In this document: positions 9,949 through 18,040 of the stretch, piece after piece
How the letters are laid out: each line of letters begins with the position of its first letter
Numbering within the stretch: the first letter of the stretch is position 1
Assembly (NCBI GenBank): GCA_009776805.1
Contig: WRNB01000002.1
Coordinates: 1-59,066, forward strand
Direction of reading: 5' to 3'
From: Candidatus Bathycorpusculum grumuli
GTDB lineage: Archaea; Thermoproteota; Bathyarchaeia; Bathyarchaeales; Bathycorpusculaceae
DNA length: 59,066 bases
Notes under the pieces: model-generated
The model's input: only the letters and a program-made list of their open reading frames with translations
Database searches by the model: none
What the model was told of the DNA's origin: nothing
Made by a program: the position numbers and the translations under genes

Positions 9949-12732
9949 TCAATCCACTATATAACATGCACGTATTTGATCGTTGCCTTTTGTATCAACA
10001 TAGACTTTATAACTACCCACATCATAAATACCAGCCGCATTATTATTAATAGAAAATGTTTCTTTAATTATCTTTGTCGTCGCATCGGAATAAAGTTCTG
10101 TAACAGTGATTGTAAGATCGTTTTTGTTACCATTAAGTTTGGTAACGAAAGCAGATGCAGTTACAGAGTCGAATGTGACAGTATCGGTATTCATCGCAAC
10201 TGAAAAAGAGAATTGATTCCATTCACGAAATAGTGCATCATTTTTTGTGCTATACCAGTTAACGGTGATGTCGTGCCCATTATTGCTAAAGGTTAGCAAA
10301 GCAATCATACCTACACCTTCGCGATAAAAGTCCATGTCCTGAGCATCCGTTAAAAGTTGTGGCACCTCATTGCCATACATGTTAGTATCTATTCGCATAA
10401 CTAAATCATCATAATGAATATGACCACACAATACCATAATGATGTTAGCATGCTGACTTACAAATTTGTCCCAAATTGCATCGCCACTGTTACCTGTAGG
10501 ATCATAACCACTCGAATTATCATATTCACCATTGTAAGATAGATATGAATGAGTTACTACAATCACATAACGATCAGTATTTGATGCTACAACCTCGTTA
10601 GCCCAGTCAAGTACAAAATTTCTGGGAGCCATTTCCAAACACAGTAACATATAGTCCGTATCATCTGCTGTGAAGTAATAGTATGCATTATCTAGTTTTC
10701 CTTCTTCATAAACACCGCCAAATATAGGGGTTTGTGAATACGTGTTGTAAGGAAAATATGTATTGAATAAATCAGTATCTCTATTGGTTATCAGACCGTT
10801 ATAGTCGTGATTGCCTGGAATAAACGCGTAGGGCACAACACCATCTAACTTGGCAAAATTGTATTGAACCCGTTCCCATTCCTCCACAGAGTTAGTGTCA
10901 GTAAGATCGCCTACCTGAATCATGAATTTTATATTGCGTGCCTCAGCATTGTTTTGTATCCAATCTATCATGGTATCTAGGACATCGGGATAGTACCGTG
11001 ACAAATTCTGAATATCGGGAACAACAGCAATTGTGTAATCACCTTCAGCAAACTCAGGAGCCAACCAGTCATGCCATATCTGTGCATCATTACCCTGTGT
11101 AGAGTGGTCTTTATAAATGCCATTTGATTCATCAAGCCACCAATTTACCATAAGACCCGCTGCATTACCATTGATGGGTGTGTTCATATTTTCTTGAATC
11201 TCTGTTTGGGTACGAATGATAGACCAAATGCGAATATCAGCTATTTCGCCAGGGAAACATCGAGGGTTATTTTCCAAATAGTCGCCACCAATCTTTAAGG
11301 GACGAATGGGTATGGTATTTTCCATTATTGAAAAAGTCTGCTCGTCTGCCTTGTTACCGTTGATATAACAAGTGATTCTATGGTTTTCATTGTCTTGCAC
11401 AATAGCAATATGAACCCAGTCCCCCAACTTTACGTTTGCGTAAGCAACATAATCCGCTACATTTCCGTTGCCTTCTTTCCAACATAACCAGGGGTTACCA
11501 TCTGCTGTTACTCCAAAGTTTATAGTATACAAGCCGTTAAAGCCATCAATTGCACCGTTACCTGTAATTACCCCGACATTCTGACTTGATGTCGGTATTT
11601 TCACCCAAGCTTCAAAGGTTTTTGGTGTAGCAGGAAGTTTCATAGTGGAAACAAGCTCGATAGTTCCAGAAGAAAAATCAGTTCCGATACCTGTAAAAGA
11701 GCTCAGGTATTTCTGAGTAACCGTGATGCTTAACTCTTTACTGTCATCACCTTTAGCGTTTTCCGCCTTGACAGTGAAAGCGGAAATGCCGCTATCTGTT
11801 GGAGTTCCAGATATTACACCGTTGCTTGATAAAGATAGTCCACTGGGCAAAGTACCATCAGTTATGCTCAACGTAACTTTGTCACCATATGTTACGAGTT
11901 TTTGCAGATATGGCAAACCGACTACACCATCTAGTAGTGTTTCAGTATTAATGGAAGGGAGACGATACGGTAATGCAGTGATTTTTATGTCATCATATGA
12001 ACCTGCTCCGCCTAAGCCCGTAATCAGACCGAAAGAACCATCCTCATACCGAGGGATTTTAGCATTTGCAACTACCAAAACATCATCGAAGTAGATGTCA
12101 CCGTATTCACCATAGACCTCAATTGTAATATGGACAAGCTCGCCATCAGACATATCTTTAGGTCCTGCACCAGAAGGAAAACTAAAATCTGGGTATGCGC
12201 TATTGGGTGTATATCCACCGAAGTACACTCCAAGGCCTTCAAGAAATGTGGTCTGGTAATAAAATCCTGCATACATAAGTGGACCCGCAGCCGTGAGCGG
12301 ATTTTGGTAATGCATGTCGAAACCTAAGCCAATATAGCTATAAGGTAGTAGACTGGGCTTAAACTGAAGGTTTGTCTCGAAACGGAAATTCTCTAAATAT
12401 GCCAAGTCCTCGCCAAAAGTGAGCATCGCCGGCAGGTCTGTAAAAACAGCATCAACATCTGAGGTATAGCTCTGGTGTAGTTTTCCATCTGAGACACTCC
12501 AGTCTCCAGTTAGGGCATTCCATCCTGTAGGAAGTTCGGTTAATCCATTAAAGTTCTGTTCGAGAACGATAATTTCTTCGGTGTTTGCTATTGGGATAGC
12601 TGTTTCTGTTGCCATAGTAGGAAAAATTGTGCCTGGCATTAAGACCAATAACAGAGACATTAATATGGCAAGTGAAAGTGTTTTGTGTAAAGACTTTGTG
12701 TATATACGGTTTCTACAAAGATTTAGATTCAT
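9949..12732 (-). CDS. Secreted multidomain calcineurin-like metallophosphoesterase (ConA-like + Ig-like + LamG + MPP + small C-terminal domain)
   Basis: Signal peptide. He_PIG-like repeat (GTLPSGLSLSSNGVISGTPT). LamG motifs (TFEAWVK, WVHIAIV, FPGEIADIRIW). MPP motifs VPDIQ, GDLTD, GNHD, THSY, CGHIH. Confidence 0.82.
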   Translation of the reverse strand: MNLNLCRNRIYTKSLHKTLSLAILMSLLLVLMPGTIFPTMATETAIPIANTEEIIVLEQNFNGLTELPTGWNALTGDWSVSDGKLHQSYTSDVDAVFTDLPAMLTFGEDLAYLENFRFETNLQFKPSLLPYSYIGLGFDMHYQNPLTAAGPLMYAGFYYQTTFLEGLGVYFGGYTPNSAYPDFSFPSGAGPKDMSDGELVHITIEVYGEYGDIYFDDVLVVANAKIPRYEDGSFGLITGLGGAGSYDDIKITALPYRLPSINTETLLDGVVGLPYLQKLVTYGDKVTLSITDGTLPSGLSLSSNGVISGTPTDSGISAFTVKAENAKGDDSKELSITVTQKYLSSFTGIGTDFSSGTIELVSTMKLPATPKTFEAWVKIPTSSQNVGVITGNGAIDGFNGLYTINFGVTADGNPWLCWKEGNGNVADYVAYANVKLGDWVHIAIVQDNENHRITCYINGNKADEQTFSIMENTIPIRPLKIGGDYLENNPRCFPGEIADIRIWSIIRTQTEIQENMNTPINGNAAGLMVNWWLDESNGIYKDHSTQGNDAQIWHDWLAPEFAEGDYTIAVVPDIQNLSRYYPDVLDTMIDWIQNNAEARNIKFMIQVGDLTDTNSVEEWERVQYNFAKLDGVVPYAFIPGNHDYNGLITNRDTDLFNTYFPYNTYSQTPIFGGVYEEGKLDNAYYYFTADDTDYMLLCLEMAPRNFVLDWANEVVASNTDRYVIVVTHSYLSYNGEYDNSSGYDPTGNSGDAIWDKFVSQHANIIMVLCGHIHYDDLVMRIDTNMYGNEVPQLLTDAQDMDFYREGVGMIALLTFSNNGHDITVNWYSTKNDALFREWNQFSFSVAMNTDTVTFDSVTASAFVTKLNGNKNDLTITVTELYSDATTKIIKETFSINNNAAGIYDVGSYKVYVDTKGNDQIRACYIVD

Positions 12733-12775
12733 AGTTATTTTTAACTCTCCTTAGTTAGTTTAACCAACCAATTTA

Positions 12776-12815
12776 TTTAAACTCTAGCTTAATTTAAATT
12801 AAGCTTTGGTTGAAT
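12776..12815 (-). promoter_or_regulatory. Regulon promoter/operator motif (upstream of metallophosphoesterase)
   Basis: tttaaa-ctctagc-ttaa-tttaaa-ttaa-gctttg-gttgaat. Confidence 0.75.
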
Positions 12816-12949
12816 AGAAATGTTGGTGAAAATATTTCTGCTATGCATAGCGCGATAAATACGTATATTCATTTTTTCTATTTGTAGAAAATCCAAGCTA
12901 ACTTTAGCACATGAAAAAAAAGGTGTGAATGTAAAGGTTAAATGCACAG

Positions 12950-14059
12950 TTATGGATAGCAGTAGACACCTATTATGGGTGTATCAAAGAATTGTTTGTT
13001 TATTTGCTGTGTTACATCTTCTAAGTCGATGTCTGTGAAGAGTTCTGGGTGAATACATTTTGCCCAATATAAGTAACCAATTATGGCGCGTGGTCCGTTT
13101 CGGGCACTAAAGTCACAAACATATACACGACCATTCTTTACTGCATCCACATTTTGGAGTTTTGGTTGATTAAGTATATCAGTTTTAACTGCAACAAAGT
13201 CATTGGCATCATGTGTGGAGCTAGAAATTAGCTCAATAATCACTGAAGGGTTCTGTGCGACAACAAATTCAGGGCTTAATGTAGCTGAGTACATTAATTG
13301 TTTATTTGCAATATTTACGCCACCAGCCTGATAAATACCTAAATCGCCCCATGTATTGTAGGGGTAGTCATACCAATCAAGAAAGACAGTTACTTGTTGG
13401 TCCTGAGGTAATGCCGCTACGCGGTCTTTGACAATCTTATTGTAAGATTGCGCCCAATTGACATATGCCGTTACTTCTTTTTGGTGTCCTACTATAGAGG
13501 TTAGGTTTTGCATTAAAGAGCATGTATGGTCTATTATTGTTGGGTAATTGTATAATTGTTCTGATGTCATGTCTATTGGATTTGTTAGGGGTTCGGGAGC
13601 GTTTGTGTTTGCAATGTATATGGGTATACCAGCGTTTTGAAGTTGTGGATAAGCACCTTCATTGTAGGTTATCAAGTTGCCAGAAATTATAATGTCGGGT
13701 TCTAGTTCAAGTACTTCCTCAACATTGAGGTAATAGGCATTTTCGCCTACAAGAGGTACGTCTATCATTGATGAGGGTAAAACGACATCGCCTGTTCGCC
13801 CTACTATCAAATTCTCAGCACCCATGCCACACAGAGTTTCTCCAAGACCTGCATCCATGACAATAACGCGTTTTATTGGGAGCTGTACGGTAACGGTATT
13901 GCCGACGCCATCGATAACGGTAATGGTTGTTGGTTTAGTGTTACGGGTAAACAAATTGTGAGATGATCCAGAGGAGTAGAATTCGTTGTAGATTATGTAA
14001 AGTGATGCTGTTGCAATTAAGGTGATAATAATTATATATATTACATGTTTTTTTGTCAT
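12950..14059 (-). CDS. ABC substrate-binding protein, cobalamin/Fe-chelate family, paralogue A2
   Basis: TM anchor; VIDGVGNTVTV, EEVLELEPDII, AVKNGRVYVCDFSARNGPR. Clearly paralogous to 8475-9704 and 30645-31826. Confidence 0.88.
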   Translation of the reverse strand: MTKKHVIYIIIITLIATASLYIIYNEFYSSGSSHNLFTRNTKPTTITVIDGVGNTVTVQLPIKRVIVMDAGLGETLCGMGAENLIVGRTGDVVLPSSMIDVPLVGENAYYLNVEEVLELEPDIIISGNLITYNEGAYPQLQNAGIPIYIANTNAPEPLTNPIDMTSEQLYNYPTIIDHTCSLMQNLTSIVGHQKEVTAYVNWAQSYNKIVKDRVAALPQDQQVTVFLDWYDYPYNTWGDLGIYQAGGVNIANKQLMYSATLSPEFVVAQNPSVIIELISSSTHDANDFVAVKTDILNQPKLQNVDAVKNGRVYVCDFSARNGPRAIIGYLYWAKCIHPELFTDIDLEDVTQQINKQFFDTPIIGVYCYP

Positions 14060-14133
14060 TTTTTCATCTTCCTTAAGAGTTAAGGGTGTTATTTTTCTAA
14101 AGTTTGAATACTAATTGGTAGCCAATTGATTTA

Positions 14134-14173
14134 TTTAAACATGTGCTTAACATAAGTTAACTATAAGTTGAAT
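14134..14173 (-). promoter_or_regulatory. Regulon promoter/operator motif (upstream of SBP A2)
   Basis: tttaaa-catgtgc-ttaa-cataag-ttaa-ctataa-gttgaat. Confidence 0.75.
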
Positions 14174-14210
14174 AGAATAAGATACAGACCTTCATAATCA
14201 ACAAAAATTA

Positions 14211-14250
14211 AATCAACCCATGATTAACTTAAATTAAGTAAAAGTTTATA
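14211..14250 (+). promoter_or_regulatory. Regulon promoter/operator motif, inverted, upstream of the + strand phosphodiesterase
   Basis: aatcaac-ccatga-ttaa-cttaaa-ttaa-gtaaaag-tttata is the reverse complement of the motif, matching the gene orientation. Confidence 0.75.
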
Positions 14251-14299
14251 ATCATAAGTCAACTCATTAACACACACATAAACACTAGGAGAGAAAACA

Positions 14300-15598
14300 G
14301 TGTTACAACAAATGCAGTCCCTTATAAAAAAAGAAGAACAACACTTCATTTACCCAAAATATCAAGACAACTGCATTTCAAACATACCTGACCTACTAAA
14401 AGAAAGCTTTGAAATATACAACAAATCAACAAACAAACTCTACAATCATGAAACAGAAAAAACATGCATAGAACAAAACAAAAAAATAATACTCATAATA
14501 ATAGATGGCCTAGGATACTCCCAATTCCTAAATCAACAAAAAAATGACCCCTTTTTAACAAAACTCACCAATAAAGGCATAGTTCGACCCCTAACAAGCG
14601 TTTTTCCCTCACAAACAACCAACGCCCTAACAACCCTAAACACAGGCCTAACCCCACAAGAACACGGACTCTTCGAATACTTCATCTACCTAAAAAACAT
14701 TGGAATAATAAACGCCCTAAAATGCGAACGCATCAACTCAAAGAAAAAATCCCTCATAGATGAAGACTTTAAACCAAACAATCTCCTCCTATCAAAAGAA
14801 AAAACACTCCATGAAACACTAAATGAAAAAGGCATTAAAACCTATACACATGCACACATAACCAACGCATTTAGCACTTGTTCAAACATAATTTTTCGAG
14901 GCAGCACCATAAAACCAGCATTAAACACATCAGACTCAATCGCAGGATTACGAAAAAACATAGAAGAAAACAAAGACAAAACCGCATACTTTTTCATACA
15001 CCTACCCACCACAGACACTATCGCCCATGAATATGGACCCAACAGCCCTCAATATTACACTGAATTATCAAATATAACATACCAACTACACAGAGAATTA
15101 ATACAGAAATTAGACCCAAAAATAGCTAAAGATACACTACTATTATTAACTGCAGATCACGGTGGAGTAGATGTAGATATAGAAAAAACAGTGTATATAC
15201 CAAAAACAGCCCTACCCCTACAAACCGGAAAAAATCATGAACCAATCGCACCTACAGGAAGCTATAGAGAAATTTTTCTACACATAAAAGAATCAAAGCT
15301 CGTTGAAACAAAATTATGGTTACTTAAAAAAATCGGCGACAAAGCCCAAATAATTGAAACCAAAGAAGCAGCAGAAAAAGGCCTATTTGGCATAGGCAAA
15401 GTTAGCAAAAGCTTTTTTGAAAGAGCAGGAAACCTACTAATTTTACCATACGGTAATGAAACCATATGGTTTGAAGGCCCAAACGAAAGAAGAATTAACT
15501 ACTTAGGACAACATGGAGGACTAAACAGACAAGAGATGATAGTACCCTTTGCAGTTGCTAACCTTAAAAATTTAAGAGAAAAAACAAACCAACATTAA
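14300..15598 (+). CDS. Alkaline-phosphatase-superfamily nucleotide pyrophosphatase/phosphodiesterase
   Basis: IIDGLG, SVFPSQT (nucleophile region), DTIAHEYG, TADHG, GQHGG metal-binding motifs. Confidence 0.85.
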   Translation: MLQQMQSLIKKEEQHFIYPKYQDNCISNIPDLLKESFEIYNKSTNKLYNHETEKTCIEQNKKIILIIIDGLGYSQFLNQQKNDPFLTKLTNKGIVRPLTSVFPSQTTNALTTLNTGLTPQEHGLFEYFIYLKNIGIINALKCERINSKKKSLIDEDFKPNNLLLSKEKTLHETLNEKGIKTYTHAHITNAFSTCSNIIFRGSTIKPALNTSDSIAGLRKNIEENKDKTAYFFIHLPTTDTIAHEYGPNSPQYYTELSNITYQLHRELIQKLDPKIAKDTLLLLTADHGGVDVDIEKTVYIPKTALPLQTGKNHEPIAPTGSYREIFLHIKESKLVETKLWLLKKIGDKAQIIETKEAAEKGLFGIGKVSKSFFERAGNLLILPYGNETIWFEGPNERRINYLGQHGGLNRQEMIVPFAVANLKNLREKTNQH

Positions 15599-15639
15599 AA
15601 CCTATCAAAAATCATCTATAAGCATACAGATGAGAAAAC

Positions 15640-16509
15640 TTGAGCCACCAAATAACAACATTACCCGATGGACGCAAACTCGGATATGCTACAATAGGCA
15701 AAGGCACACCAGTCATGTATTTCCATGGCACCGCCAGCAGCCGACTTGAAATTCATCTTTTAAAACAACTTACCACAAAAGGAAAACTACAACTCATCAC
15801 ATTCGATCGCCCAGGATATGGATTATCCACCTATAAACCCCGAAAAAATCTCCAAGACATCAACAGTGACCTAAACTTTTTAGCTGACCATTTAAACATT
15901 AAACAATTCAATGTTTTAGGCTGGTCAGGGGGCGGTGCTTTTGCACTTGCATACATGACACATTTCCCTCAACGAATAAAACGAGGAATAATCGTGAGTA
16001 CACCTGATTTACCATTTGATGCCTCAACAGCACACAATATACCATTTGTCAAATATGTAATGAAACTACCATTTCTAGGTAAAATAGCCATGCGTAATAT
16101 GCGACAACAAGTGCTCAAAACCAAGGATACAGAAGCCTTTTTGCGTTCCAATCAAGGTAAACAAATGCTACGCACCTGCTCAAACCGTGACTTGACATTT
16201 TTCTCTGACCCCATATGGATGGGATTAATGCATCAATCTATAGCTGAAGCCTTTCGTCAAAACAACAGCATTAACGTGGTACTTGAGGAACACAAACTTT
16301 TCCTAAAACCCTGGAACATACCATTCAAAAATATCGGCAACAAATTAAATGTTTGGCAAGGAACAGAAGATAAAACTTGCCCTATAAAAAACGCTTACAG
16401 CATAGCTCACAAAGTTAAGGGTTGCAACTTAGAAATTTTCCCCAAACAAGGACACTGTGTCATGTTTGATAACTTAGAGAAACTAATAGAGTTGCTAAAA
16501 ACCGTTTAA
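15640..16509 (+). CDS. Alpha/beta hydrolase
   Basis: FHGTASS, DRPGYGLS, nucleophile elbow GWSGG, GTEDKTCP (Asp), QGH (His). Confidence 0.88.
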   Translation: MSHQITTLPDGRKLGYATIGKGTPVMYFHGTASSRLEIHLLKQLTTKGKLQLITFDRPGYGLSTYKPRKNLQDINSDLNFLADHLNIKQFNVLGWSGGGAFALAYMTHFPQRIKRGIIVSTPDLPFDASTAHNIPFVKYVMKLPFLGKIAMRNMRQQVLKTKDTEAFLRSNQGKQMLRTCSNRDLTFFSDPIWMGLMHQSIAEAFRQNNSINVVLEEHKLFLKPWNIPFKNIGNKLNVWQGTEDKTCPIKNAYSIAHKVKGCNLEIFPKQGHCVMFDNLEKLIELLKTV

Positions 16510-16726
16510 CAATTTTATTATGCTAAAATATCTAAAAATTTACCTGCTGGCTCAAAGCACAAAATTTTTCAGTCATGTTGCATAACCTATCATTTTTCAT
16601 AAGAGTTCACCATTAACAAGTCAATACTGGAAAAACCATAAAAACAGACAATGTTTTCATGGAATGAACTAGTATGATTTATAGCAGCTATAGTTTTGAA
16701 AAAATGAGTTAGTTTTGCAATAGAGA

Positions 16727-18040
16727 CTATTTTATGGCGTTAATTATGTCTTCGATGAGTGTTAAAGTACCGTTGAATCCTGTTATAGGGCGGTTTGTTA
16801 AGATGATTTTTTCATGGTAGGGGAAAGATGTAGGGATAAAGTGAGGTATTTTTTGTAGTGTGAGTGAAATGTTTTTTTCGATACTGCTGCCGAATAGTAA
16901 AGTTGGTTTTGTTTTGTTGAGGTAGTCTGTTATTTCGTATTGGTCAGGATTAATAAGTAGATGGGTGTTTGGTAGATTATGTGTTAAATAATTTTTTAGG
17001 GCTTCATAGTTTTTTGTGCCAATTTCTTTTATGCCGATGGTGACCGGTAACAACCCTAGATATTCGTAGAAGAATGTTGTTAAAGCGTAAACTTGTGAGG
17101 TATCTCCAAAAATGGTAAAGGGTGTACCACGGAGGTTGTTGGTGTAGGAGGAGGTTTGGGCGAGGGCGTGGTAGCATTTTTTTCTGACCTGTCGAGCTTT
17201 AGTTTTTATAATTTCGTTGGGTATTTTAAAAAATTCTGTGATAGCCTTGAACCATGTTTCAGAGGCAGATATTCCATAGGGGGCCTGTAAATTTAAATCG
17301 ATGCATGGAATGTTGTGCTCTTTTTCTAGGTAATTGGCTATTTTGTCTCCGTATTCTTCGTTGAGAATTAAGTTGAGTTCAGCTTGGCCGGCTTTTTTTA
17401 TGTTATCGATAGATTCGCCTGCGCATATTGCAGATAGCGTTTGGATGCCTAAGAGTTTGAGGGTTCGTTTAATTTCAGCGATGTCATTTTCCCAATTATA
17501 GTGGAAAATTGTGCTGCCGATAATGTTAACAGTTTGAGGAATTTTTTGTTTATTTTTATTATTTAATAGTTTGTCAAGGATTTTGATAGTGGCGTTTTGG
17601 AATCCGGATGCATATGTTCCTGTAAAGCCTGTACTGTCTATGGCTACGGTTGGAGTTTTAATGTTTGCGTTTTTTATTATTTGTGTTAAATCGTCTCCGA
17701 TAATTGAAGTACCTGAGTGGTTGATAATGCCTATGAGGCTGTGTTGTTTTAGGTCAACATGTTTGAGTGCTTGGGTGACTTTGGGCTCGCTTCCGTATAT
17801 GAAGTCTTGTTCGTCTATGTAAGTGCATGGGAGCCTGGTTTGGCCAAAATAAAAGTTAGAAAAGCATTCATCTGATTCATGTTTAGGATGGGGTGCTAAT
17901 ATGTTTGCCATGTAGGCGGTGTAGAATTTACAGCCTATAGGGCCATTGAGAAGAGTGCATGCTTCTTGAATGCCTTCAAAGGCAGCTATAGCACCTGAGA
18001 GAGAATCAGGTCTGTGGGGTGTAAGAGAGTTATTCATCAT
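16727..18040 (-). CDS. Nitrogenase component-1-like subunit (NifK/NifN/BchB-like, non-canonical)
   Basis: GAIAAFEGIQEACTLLNGPIGC, DFIYGSE, SIIGDDL, VNIIG, WENDIAEIKRTLKLLGI, AELNLIL. Overlaps the upstream fusion gene by 11 bp. Confidence 0.85.
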   Translation of the reverse strand: MMNNSLTPHRPDSLSGAIAAFEGIQEACTLLNGPIGCKFYTAYMANILAPHPKHESDECFSNFYFGQTRLPCTYIDEQDFIYGSEPKVTQALKHVDLKQHSLIGIINHSGTSIIGDDLTQIIKNANIKTPTVAIDSTGFTGTYASGFQNATIKILDKLLNNKNKQKIPQTVNIIGSTIFHYNWENDIAEIKRTLKLLGIQTLSAICAGESIDNIKKAGQAELNLILNEEYGDKIANYLEKEHNIPCIDLNLQAPYGISASETWFKAITEFFKIPNEIIKTKARQVRKKCYHALAQTSSYTNNLRGTPFTIFGDTSQVYALTTFFYEYLGLLPVTIGIKEIGTKNYEALKNYLTHNLPNTHLLINPDQYEITDYLNKTKPTLLFGSSIEKNISLTLQKIPHFIPTSFPYHEKIILTNRPITGFNGTLTLIEDIINAIK

